Shown here: positions 53,742-61,733 of the stretch, piece by piece
Layout: every line of letters begins with the position of its first letter
How positions within the stretch are numbered: position 1 is the stretch's first letter
IMG/VR virus record: IMGVR_UViG_3300032304_001060
Coordinates: 30,729 to 94,728 of that record
Reading direction: 5' to 3' (one strand)
Length of the DNA stretch: 64,000 nt
DNA from: a virus
The notes under the pieces: model-generated
Seen by the model: the letters and a program-made list of their open reading frames with translations, nothing else
Told to the model about the DNA's origin: nothing
Database searches by the model: none
Position numbers and translations under genes: made by a program

Positions 53742-54179
53742 TTAGTTAACAGTCAATCCAGTTCCTGCAAGAATCCAACGTTCTGCGCCTACTTTTAGTA
53801 GGGTAACAATACGATTGGCTGAAATATTGTACGTTTGATTACTGGCCAGTCCTTCACAAACTAGCGTTGTAGTCGAAGTGTTTGCTCTGCTTATCCGTAG
53901 TGTTGCAGTATCTGAGGTTACTAGCAATATAACAGTTCCAACAGCAAAAGCAACAGAGGTATTACTAGGAATAGTAACTTGAACAAGTCCAGTACCAGAG
54001 GCATAGATATGCTTTCCTGCATCTGTTAGCACAAGAGAGTATGTAGTTGGTGCAGTCCTTGACTGCTGTGCAATAAGTTTTGACTCAAGAGTTGTCACTC
54101 TCACATCAATTCCAGAGATAGCAGTATTTAAACGACCACTCCAGTTTCTATCTCCACTGTTAGGCAATACAACTGTCAT
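53742..54179 (-). CDS. virion fibre-associated domain protein (paralog of 58220-58582)
   Basis: TYSLVLTDAGK...VTIP...FAVGT...TLLKVG..RWILAG. Confidence 0.7.
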   Translation of the reverse strand: MTVVLPNSGDRNWSGRLNTAISGIDVRVTTLESKLIAQQSRTAPTTYSLVLTDAGKHIYASGTGLVQVTIPSNTSVAFAVGTVILLVTSDTATLRISRANTSTTTLVCEGLASNQTYNISANRIVTLLKVGAERWILAGTGLTVN

Positions 54180-54779
54180 TTACACTCCATAAGGGTCTAT
54201 ACCATAAGCGCCGTTGCCGTAGCCATAGGTAACTGTTTGGTTGTTAAAATCGGCAAAATTAAGGAACTGCGGATCATTGACGAGTTCTTCGGCGTTGACC
54301 TGGTTGCAGTCGATAGTGACTACAGAATAGCGGTCTTTGTATCGTCCGCGTGGTAAAACACGGGTTGGAACGAATACCTTTTGCTGGAATACAACGCGGT
54401 CCTTGATATGGTCCGTTGGGGTATCTACGATATCAGGAAGCAAACGGTTAAGGTCATCAACAGCCACCACAAGACGCAAGGTATCTGTTACGTAGAAGCC
54501 TCGTTCGTTCATGACGTTAGTTGAACGGATCTGTTGAGCCATAATTACAGGCAAATCAAATGGGGCATTCCAACGACGACCTTGGGTCTCTTCTTCACTG
54601 GAGACATCATAGACAGGATCGACCCACGTATCGTAGTTAGCGGCCAAGGCGGTAGGGTCCCAGGCCCACCATTTGACGGTAGTCCCTACTGGGTCACGAA
54701 GTTCATCGACGATACCCTCATCCATAGATAGGGTCTCAAAGTCGATCTTAAATCTTCCCTGGACTTTATTACCACGCAT
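54180..54779 (-). CDS. head-tail connector/head-closure-like protein
   Basis: DPVYD..GRRW, ERGFY..DTL, DRVVF; structural gene context. Confidence 0.55.
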   Translation of the reverse strand: MRGNKVQGRFKIDFETLSMDEGIVDELRDPVGTTVKWWAWDPTALAANYDTWVDPVYDVSSEEETQGRRWNAPFDLPVIMAQQIRSTNVMNERGFYVTDTLRLVVAVDDLNRLLPDIVDTPTDHIKDRVVFQQKVFVPTRVLPRGRYKDRYSVVTIDCNQVNAEELVNDPQFLNFADFNNQTVTYGYGNGAYGIDPYGV

Positions 54780-54821
54780 GGGCCTAAGTATGACGGCTAA
54801 AGCAGCGTTTTAATTGCTTAT

Positions 54822-55571
54822 TTATTTTAAGTTTCCTCGCTGATGGTCTGGGTATGGGGCGTTGTCTAAGTGAACGCCTTTAAAATACCTTCTTCCAGCC
54901 ATATGGGGCTTCTCTAGATCATCGGTAGAACGTTCTTTTCCTAAAGCGCTACTTTCCGCAACTTCATTTGCGTGTAGTTCTTTGTCCTGTATTAGTGCTA
55001 ACTCAAACCCCTCAACAAAATACCTTGGTATAGGGATAAAGGCTCCCAACGCGTCACCCTTCTTTACAGAGACAGTGTGATTTGGGACTGTAACTTTAAG
55101 GTTAAAAGTAAAGTCTCTTCGAATGTTGTCTGTTTCAATAACCCCCGTCATAGCAACGCAACCTTCAACGAACATGTTAGGTGGCTGAATGGTCATCAAG
55201 TTAATTCCAGGAGGTGTTTTTAAAGCAAAGTGATTTTGGACTGTAATAATCCCAGAACCAAATCCATTTGTAATAAATTGTTTTGGAAACTCTTCATCAT
55301 CTTTAAAAGTTATTACAGCAGGTAACAGTTCCCCATACCATACAACATCAAAGTCTCTTGCAGATTGAACCATAAACCCATATTGATTTCCAACACTTAA
55401 AGGTAAACAGTAGTAAAAGTGTGAGGTAAACCAATCTCTTTTTGGAACACCTTTTAGCGGAACGATGATGTCCTTATAGAATCCGTCATTATCAAGAGAA
55501 TGAGGTACAACCATAAGGGTATTGTTTGGGACTTCATGCCCAGGATCATTAAGATAGTTTTTTTCAGTCAT
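54822..55571 (-). CDS. DUF6065-like protein
   Basis: YCLPL..GNQYGF, FGSGII, TPPG.NL....PPN, GVIETD, FTFN. Confidence 0.75.
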   Translation of the reverse strand: MTEKNYLNDPGHEVPNNTLMVVPHSLDNDGFYKDIIVPLKGVPKRDWFTSHFYYCLPLSVGNQYGFMVQSARDFDVVWYGELLPAVITFKDDEEFPKQFITNGFGSGIITVQNHFALKTPPGINLMTIQPPNMFVEGCVAMTGVIETDNIRRDFTFNLKVTVPNHTVSVKKGDALGAFIPIPRYFVEGFELALIQDKELHANEVAESSALGKERSTDDLEKPHMAGRRYFKGVHLDNAPYPDHQRGNLK

Positions 55572-56415
55572 AGAGGAGTCCCGTTTCTTTACAAAACTTT
55601 AAAAACTTTTGATAATTAATTTTATAATCTTTTAATAATTCTTTCTTTGATTTTTTATTTTCAATATCAATTAATCTTGTTACCCTGTTTTTCTTGTCCC
55701 AAGGTTTGGGGTCACTGTTATACGCAATCCTGTCTATTGCGTAGAAGTGATAGAATATTGGATCGGTAAAAGCACAGACTTCATATCCTGCTTGATATGC
55801 TCTAATTGAGTTTATTGTTTCTTCCAAAAAGAAACTAACATCAGAAATAATAGGTACTTCTAGTAAGAATTTTTTTTCTGAAAAAAGTAAGGCTCCTTGT
55901 ATGTAGTAACTTTTTGCAGTACTCGATATCCGATTTTTTACTCCCCACTCACCAAACGTAACTCCTTTAAAAGAACACATAACGTGAGATTGATCTTGTA
56001 ACGGTTGTCTATTTCCAGTTGAGTCAATCGAATAAGCAGCAGGATAAGAAGATAACACCAATTTTGGTTTTGTTGTTTTTTCTTTTTCATACAAAGCCAT
56101 TAGTTTTGTGTCCCACGACTTTTCCGAGAACATATGGGCATCTAACTGTAGGTAATACGTGTAGTTGCTAAATTGAGAAACCGCGACCGCTCTAGCCCAA
56201 GAAACTCCATACGAATCATCTGGATTAATTTTTATGTATCGAAGTTGTTCCATCTCAATAAAACTAAGATCAGGATGATCTGTGCTCTGAGATACTATTG
56301 AAAACAAAAGATTTTCTGGGTAATCAGCATCCTCAAAAAACCGTTTAACTGTATTTTCTAACTCAGTCTCCATGTAAGAGACTATCGAAATTAGAATCTT
56401 CCTATTGTTGACCAT
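55564..56415 (-). CDS. GT60 glycosyltransferase (Skp1-hydroxyproline GlcNAc-transferase-like)
   Basis: ISIVSY...T...F..A.YP, GVSWAR, YYLQLDAH (DxH), WD, VLSSYP, EE..SIRAY..GY, FYHFY. Confidence 0.85.
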   Translation of the reverse strand: MVNNRKILISIVSYMETELENTVKRFFEDADYPENLLFSIVSQSTDHPDLSFIEMEQLRYIKINPDDSYGVSWARAVAVSQFSNYTYYLQLDAHMFSEKSWDTKLMALYEKEKTTKPKLVLSSYPAAYSIDSTGNRQPLQDQSHVMCSFKGVTFGEWGVKNRISSTAKSYYIQGALLFSEKKFLLEVPIISDVSFFLEETINSIRAYQAGYEVCAFTDPIFYHFYAIDRIAYNSDPKPWDKKNRVTRLIDIENKKSKKELLKDYKINYQKFLKFCKETGLLYD

Positions 56416-56944
56416 CTGCATAAGCCCAAAATGACGCAATAGTGTAACGTGTATTTCCTTCTACCTTTGTTACTCCGTGCAAATGGTCTGCATCCCCTAA
56501 ATGAATTGCAAGTTTCCCACTTTCTGGCGTTACTTCAATATTGTAATTTGGATAGTATGTATGGCCACCTTCATAATCCTCATTTAAATAAATGATGGCT
56601 CCAAATTTTCTGTGCTCTAATCCTTTTACTTCTGTATTGGTCATGTCATCTGCATGAGGGGGCTGCTCCATACCAGGGTACCAACGACAGATAGTTAGCC
56701 CATCTTCTCTTACTTTTTTCCCGTAAGAAGACTCAATGACGTCTTGAACTCTGCGGGATACATCCACCATAAAATCACCAAGTTCGTTCCCGAAGTATTC
56801 GTAGGCTGCTTGTACTCCGATAGTTCTTTTATCCCAAAAGTCTACAGATGAGGGTTCCCATAATTCGGTTTCTTTTACAAGGTTTAAAACAAACAAGACT
56901 TCTTCATTAGTCAAGAACTTATCAACGATCGTTGTTTTTAGCAT
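56402..56944 (-). CDS. prolyl-4-hydroxylase-like 2OG-Fe(II) oxygenase
   Basis: PHAD, IIYLNEDYEGG, HGVTKV, RYT: HxD...H triad plus 2OG-binding Arg. Confidence 0.9.
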   Translation of the reverse strand: MLKTTIVDKFLTNEEVLFVLNLVKETELWEPSSVDFWDKRTIGVQAAYEYFGNELGDFMVDVSRRVQDVIESSYGKKVREDGLTICRWYPGMEQPPHADDMTNTEVKGLEHRKFGAIIYLNEDYEGGHTYYPNYNIEVTPESGKLAIHLGDADHLHGVTKVEGNTRYTIASFWAYADGQQ

Positions 56945-57172
56945 TTACCATTTTCCTATCGGGCATTTTGCTGCTTGTAGTTTGGTTTTGAGTTCCATAA
57001 AACACCCACATTTCTTACACTGTTTTGTTAACTTTACCAATTCTGGGCATTCCATGCATATCTGCATTCGCTCTATATTTATGGTGCTTTCTGCATACTT
57101 GGTTTGTGGGTTTAAAAAATCTAACGGAGTTACACCATGTTTTTCCCGATACTCCTCCCACCTCGACTTCAT
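56945..57172 (-). CDS. DUF6171-like Cys-rich protein
   Basis: R..IC..C...CKKCGCF..LKT....CP.GKW. Confidence 0.8.
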   Translation of the reverse strand: MKSRWEEYREKHGVTPLDFLNPQTKYAESTINIERMQICMECPELVKLTKQCKKCGCFMELKTKLQAAKCPIGKW

Positions 57173-57173
57173 C

Positions 57174-57554
57174 TTAAGGAACTAATCCATTCATATTTCT
57201 ATCTGTTAGTACAAATGCGTTATCAATAAACTTAGCATGTGGAGAACTGACATAAAGACCATACGGATAGTCCAGCATCTTTAATACCTGTGGATTACTC
57301 AGTAGAATACTTCCAAAGTACTCGCTAGTCTGGAAATCTTCCAAAATGATTCCATCTTTTAGTAGGCGCACTGTTATGCCGTCATGATCAGGGTGTTCAT
57401 TAGATATGTCGACTACTTCATCGGCATTTAAAAAAATGTCAGCATGTTCTACGCTTAACGCCAGATCATATAAACAATCTTGGTCAATTACCCATACTAA
57501 TGCTATTCCATCTGTTCCAGTATGAACAAAGTGGATACCTTCATCAGTTAACAT
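57174..57554 (-). CDS. hypothetical protein
   Basis: 126 aa, AAGGAG RBS, SILLSNPQV. Confidence 0.75.
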   Translation of the reverse strand: MLTDEGIHFVHTGTDGIALVWVIDQDCLYDLALSVEHADIFLNADEVVDISNEHPDHDGITVRLLKDGIILEDFQTSEYFGSILLSNPQVLKMLDYPYGLYVSSPHAKFIDNAFVLTDRNMNGLVP

Positions 57555-57574
57555 TTTTGTTCTCCTTTATACAA

Positions 57575-57610
57575 ATGTGTGTACCTTACAATATCGTAAG
57601 GTACACACAT
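57575..57610 (-). terminator. perfect 15-bp hairpin (attenuator or mRNA stabiliser)
   Basis: ATGTGTGTACCTTAC-N6-GTAAGGTACACACAT; short U run on the minus strand. Confidence 0.75.
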
Positions 57611-57614
57611 CCGT

Positions 57615-58220
57615 TTAGCAAGCGAAGACATTGAATGAGCCAGATGCTGGTGAACAAGTGCTTCCTGCACCAAGTTCTCCGCACGATGATGTGCTGGTAC
57701 AGCATGCGACCGCTATCTGTCCACTGGTGCATCGCCTTAGGGTAGGAGCAGGCGGTGGTGGCGGTGGTGGCGGAGGTGGAGGAGGTGGAGGAGGTGGAGG
57801 AGGAGGAGGAGGTGGAGGAGGAGGAGGTGGAGGAGGAGGTGGAGGAGGTGGAGGAGGTGGAGGAGGTGGAGGAGGAGGAGGAGGAGGTGGAGGAGGAGGA
57901 GGAGGTGGAGTAGGTGCCACAGGAGTAACAGAGTTACTTGCTGCAGATGAGTCTGAGAGAACTGAATAATCTGTTGTGCCAGAAATTGTAAAAGTATAAG
58001 CCGTTCCATTTGAAAGGCCTGAAACTGTAATAGGGGAACTTGATCCAGTGCCTGCAATCGATCCTGGAGAAGAAAGTACGGTGTAGGTGATTCCGTTCTT
58101 GCCAATATAAGAGGAGGCTGTGAAAGTTACAGTAGCAGCGGCGTCACCAGCAACAGCACTGCCAGTACCAGGTGTCGTTGGTTTTTTACCGCTAGAACCT
58201 GTAGTTCCCAGAACTGCCAT
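57615..58220 (-). CDS. Fn3-domain protein with 53-residue polyproline tract and Cys-rich tail
   Basis: Fn3 motif SPITVSGLSNGTAYTFT; P53; six Cys in the last 38 aa; TAATG coupling. Confidence 0.85.
   Translation of the reverse strand: MAVLGTTGSSGKKPTTPGTGSAVAGDAAATVTFTASSYIGKNGITYTVLSSPGSIAGTGSSSPITVSGLSNGTAYTFTISGTTDYSVLSDSSAASNSVTPVAPTPPPPPPPPPPPPPPPPPPPPPPPPPPPPPPPPPPPPPPPPPPPPPPPPPPPPPAPTLRRCTSGQIAVACCTSTSSCGELGAGSTCSPASGSFNVFAC
57750..57908. repeat. (NGG)53 triplet repeat encoding polyproline
   Basis: AGG/TGG/CGG triplets only (CCT/CCA/CCG codons, no CCC). Confidence 0.95.
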
Positions 58221-58582
58221 TACGCACTCAAATCGCCAACAAGAACCCAAGTATCTGTAGCACGCTTAATTAAAGTTGCAGATGCCCACTGTGTTCGTAA
58301 CTTCAATCCAGGTGTTGCATTGATAGTGACTCCAGCGCCTGCGGTAATTGTGAATTGTCCTGTAGCAACTTGGAGCATATCGATCTGAGCGCCGATTGGG
58401 AATGGCACGGAAGAGTTAGGTGGCACAGTAAGAGTTGCAGCAGTGGTGCTGTTGTTTAACTCCAGGAAGCGATCCTTATCAGCCAACACCAATGTGTAGT
58501 TGTTGGTTGTGATAGTCGGAGTGGCAAGGTTCTTAGAGCCAACTCCTACAAATGCTGAATCGCCATTGCTGCGAATTGCCAT
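58220..58582 (-). CDS. virion fibre-associated domain protein
   Basis: NYTLVLAD...LTVPPNSSVPFPIG...ATLIKRATDTWVLVGDL. Confidence 0.8.
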   Translation of the reverse strand: MAIRSNGDSAFVGVGSKNLATPTITTNNYTLVLADKDRFLELNNSTTAATLTVPPNSSVPFPIGAQIDMLQVATGQFTITAGAGVTINATPGLKLRTQWASATLIKRATDTWVLVGDLSA

Positions 58583-58584
58583 CT

Positions 58585-58914
58585 TTAGATTTCACTTCCA
58601 TATGCCTGGAATCCAACCGAAGTTGATGAGGCAGCGACACGGATGAACTTTCCAGATTCGAGAGTTACACCCAAGGTGTAAGAGGTAGTTGTGTTGGCTG
58701 GGATAGTGATTCCAGCACAGAGAAGAGTTGCATCTGGGGCAGTTGGGCTAGAGGCAGCGCCCATGATGGCGATGTTGTAGGTGGCTGGTGATGTGCCTTG
58801 ATTCGAGACGATGATAGAGGACACGACAGCGCTTACACCTGAAGGGTTGTAGAGGGTGCTGTATGCGTTAGATGATGCTGCAAGAACTTGGCCCAAAACT
58901 TTATATGTTGCCAT
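58585..58914 (-). CDS. small virion structural protein
   Basis: MATYKVLGQ...FQAYGSEI; AAGGAG RBS. Confidence 0.75.
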   Translation of the reverse strand: MATYKVLGQVLAASSNAYSTLYNPSGVSAVVSSIIVSNQGTSPATYNIAIMGAASSPTAPDATLLCAGITIPANTTTSYTLGVTLESGKFIRVAASSTSVGFQAYGSEI

Positions 58915-58978
58915 GAGACTCCTTAGTGGTGATCCCTGAATTATCCCTATCTACTTGGCTTTTGTATTGGTAAACCCT

Positions 58979-59542
58979 TTAGCCTATTTTCTCTAGATTG
59001 TTGGTAATTGCAGTTCTATAGATGGGGGCGATATCTTCTTTGAGTAGGTCTCGGAATATCTGAGTCGCTTCATCTTGGCGCCCTACCCACCATCCGCTGA
59101 CTGCCTTCTCAAAGCGCAGTACGTATTCTCCCAGATAATCAAGATCAATAGGTAGAGCAGATAAGTGTGTTCTGGAGAAGAGGAGCCCCACCTCACACGC
59201 TGTATATGACTCTTGCCATTTCTTTGTCTGCTCATAGTGACGGGCCAAAATAAACCACGCCTCTGGTCGATGAGGCAGATATGCGATGGCCTTAAGGATG
59301 AGGTCCATCACCGTATGCTCACGGTTCTGTTGGTGCTTAAAGCACTCAGAGGACTTAAGCAGTGCAGCATAGACGTACTCTGGATGGCTCTCGTAGCCGT
59401 ACTCTGCAGTACGTAGATAGAACGAAACCGCTGATGCGGTCTGTCCTTCCTTCTCATATTCTTGCGCCAACTTAAAACTAAGTTCAGGGTTAAATGGATC
59501 ATCAGATAAGGTGATGATCATGTCGTTGATAGTCTCAAACAT
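58979..59542 (-). CDS. TPR-repeat protein
   Basis: LAQEYE..GQ.ASA.SFY, AIAYLPHRPEAW. Confidence 0.8.
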   Translation of the reverse strand: MFETINDMIITLSDDPFNPELSFKLAQEYEKEGQTASAVSFYLRTAEYGYESHPEYVYAALLKSSECFKHQQNREHTVMDLILKAIAYLPHRPEAWFILARHYEQTKKWQESYTACEVGLLFSRTHLSALPIDLDYLGEYVLRFEKAVSGWWVGRQDEATQIFRDLLKEDIAPIYRTAITNNLEKIG

Positions 59543-60533
59543 TTAGCGCCTCCTGTACAAGTTCGTCTACAACATCCTTCGGTATCTCTAATGCGAAGGC
59601 GGCGTTATCAACGAACCCGAACCCAACAACTAAGTTCTCATTAACGATAGCGGCTCCAGCACAGAACTCAATCTGTCCATTGAGGAATGACCAGTTCTCT
59701 GGAGATAGGCCAATGAGTTTAAAGTTATCGTCCCAGACACAGAGGCGATGGCGATAGGTGCCGTTCTTCTGTCCTAGGTAATTCTTGAATAGAACAACCT
59801 CGTGCGTGATAGCGATGTAGTAATCGCCCCAACGAATAACTTGAGAACCACCACGCTGATCAGCATTTGCACGGGCGCCTTGAGTATGAGAGATATGAAC
59901 TGAATCTCCAGTAACGGGATCTGCCTCTACCACTTCGGTAGGGCTAGTCCACTTCACATACTGGAACTGACGATCAAGGATAGGCATCCAGTTCTTCTCG
60001 CAGTACGAGTCCTTGTTGATAGGCGCCTCCACACGCACACGGGAAATCTCCTTGGCAGTCCACGCCTCTTTGTTAATCTCTAACTCAGATAACTCCATGC
60101 GGCCAACGCCGTTGGTCGTGGTATCACGACGGACACCTGTGGCGTAGTACTTGCCATCCCACTTAACGAGGCGAGCATCTTCTTCGCCAACGAATGTCCA
60201 GATGGGAGTGACATCTAGTTCAGATGTATCTATCTGGCAGTACTTGACGATGTTCAAGTCGTCATCAAGTTTAAGCAGATAGTTAGTCGTAACTAGACGG
60301 CGATCTTCCTCTGGATGCAGATAGGAGAGAGGTCCCCAGACACTTGGGAAGCGCTGGTTATTCTCTGCATGGTAGAGGGTGTAGTTGATGTGGCGCAAGA
60401 TACATAGGATGTCGCCATCATCGTCTACGAAGAGAGATGGATTCATCAAGCCAGTTCCGTTTGTTACGGATGCTGGAATAATGAGGGGCCGTAATTTTCC
60501 GCCTTGAGAGGTTGCTCTTTGTACCAGATTCAT
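59535..60533 (-). CDS. five-bladed beta-propeller glycoside hydrolase/transferase (GH130/GT91-like)
   Basis: NPS, EDARL, EKNWMP, RGGS, HE, YRHR, IEFCAG. Confidence 0.75.
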   Translation of the reverse strand: MNLVQRATSQGGKLRPLIIPASVTNGTGLMNPSLFVDDDGDILCILRHINYTLYHAENNQRFPSVWGPLSYLHPEEDRRLVTTNYLLKLDDDLNIVKYCQIDTSELDVTPIWTFVGEEDARLVKWDGKYYATGVRRDTTTNGVGRMELSELEINKEAWTAKEISRVRVEAPINKDSYCEKNWMPILDRQFQYVKWTSPTEVVEADPVTGDSVHISHTQGARANADQRGGSQVIRWGDYYIAITHEVVLFKNYLGQKNGTYRHRLCVWDDNFKLIGLSPENWSFLNGQIEFCAGAAIVNENLVVGFGFVDNAAFALEIPKDVVDELVQEALNV

Positions 60534-60538
60534 GGCGG

Positions 60539-60811
60539 TTACTCTACAGGATTACGAAGGGCTTCGATCTCTTCCTCAGTTAGTCCTAGAGCAAGGAGTT
60601 TCTGGTTTGCTGATTCTCGTGCGTCAACTTCCTCAATGACAGGGGGAGTAAAGCGCCCTGTCTCAGCATCGTATGTCCACCCAATACCTGCTGGATTTTC
60701 AGAGGTGTACTCAATTAATTCTGCGCCTAGTACGTTAGACGCTTCTTCTTTATCATCAGCAACGATAACGTTGCTTACTGTATTTCCACTCATCATTGCG
60801 TATGTTGCCAT
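60539..60811 (-). CDS. tail fibre assembly-like small protein
   Basis: NVIVAD...AGIGWTYD..F.PP; follows Gly-rich genes. Confidence 0.65.
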   Translation of the reverse strand: MATYAMMSGNTVSNVIVADDKEEASNVLGAELIEYTSENPAGIGWTYDAETGRFTPPVIEEVDARESANQKLLALGLTEEEIEALRNPVE

Positions 60812-60826
60812 TTTTATTTCCTTTTC

Positions 60827-61723
60827 TTAGTAGTATAAATAAATTACGCCGTTGCCGCCATTGCCGCCTGTACCTGACCTATTGGTACCACCACCACCAC
60901 CACCACCATCTCCACCGTTACCGCCAGTGTTTCCAGATGCGTTGGCGCCAGCACCGCGATAGCCACCGCCACCGCCACCAGCACCATCAGTTACAGCACC
61001 AGTGCAAGTTGAACCAGTACCACCATTATACAAATCACCATTGCCGCCTGCGCCACCTGTTGTGGTTCCAGTAGGAGAAGCATTTGTATTATTGGCACCT
61101 CCACCACCGCCACCAATTAAACCTCTGCCACCTGCACCGCCAGTGGTTGAAGTAGCCGCAGTTGCGGTGTTTCCATAACCACCACCACCACCTGATACAC
61201 CAGCGCCGCCAGCAACTCCATTTGTTGAACCACCACCACCGCCGCCTCCATAACCAACAGCGCCAGTAGCAGCGGCGGAAGGAGCGCCTGTATATGAAAC
61301 TCCACTTGCACTTGGTCCACCATTTCCAGCACCACCACCTGCGCCACCCATTGTTCCAGCAAGCGCTGCTAGGACACCACCACCACCAGCACCACCACCA
61401 GCAAAAACCATCCCAAATATAGTTGAGCCACCAGTACCACCACTGGAAACTGAACCACCAGTTCCTCCTGCACCTACAGTGCAAGTATTTGTTACATAAG
61501 TCCAACCAGCAGAATAACCACCACCACCACCACCACCACCTGCGCCACCAGCAACTGCGGTTTGGCTTCCACCACCACCTCCGCCGCCAATGCAAACTGC
61601 ATATACGCGTTTGATTTCAGCGGGGATTCCAGTAACCGATCCTGATGAAGTAATTGTTTGTTGTAGTTTTAATCCCAATGGAACATCAGAAAATGATGAA
61701 TTTGTATTTATCGTTTCGCTCAT
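60827..61723 (-). CDS. glycine-rich adhesin/fibre protein, copy A1
   Basis: polyGly motifs; C-terminal GVIYLYY. Confidence 0.85.
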   Translation of the reverse strand: MSETINTNSSFSDVPLGLKLQQTITSSGSVTGIPAEIKRVYAVCIGGGGGGGSQTAVAGGAGGGGGGGGYSAGWTYVTNTCTVGAGGTGGSVSSGGTGGSTIFGMVFAGGGAGGGGVLAALAGTMGGAGGGAGNGGPSASGVSYTGAPSAAATGAVGYGGGGGGGSTNGVAGGAGVSGGGGGYGNTATAATSTTGGAGGRGLIGGGGGGANNTNASPTGTTTGGAGGNGDLYNGGTGSTCTGAVTDGAGGGGGGYRGAGANASGNTGGNGGDGGGGGGGTNRSGTGGNGGNGVIYLYY

Positions 61724-61733
61724 TTAGTTTCCT

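Noticed and set aside
57631-57969. + strand polyglycine ORF and the alternative-frame Leu/His ORF over the triplet repeat
   Set aside because: Shadows of the repeat; only the minus-strand Pro frame is coupled to its neighbour and carries an Fn3 domain.
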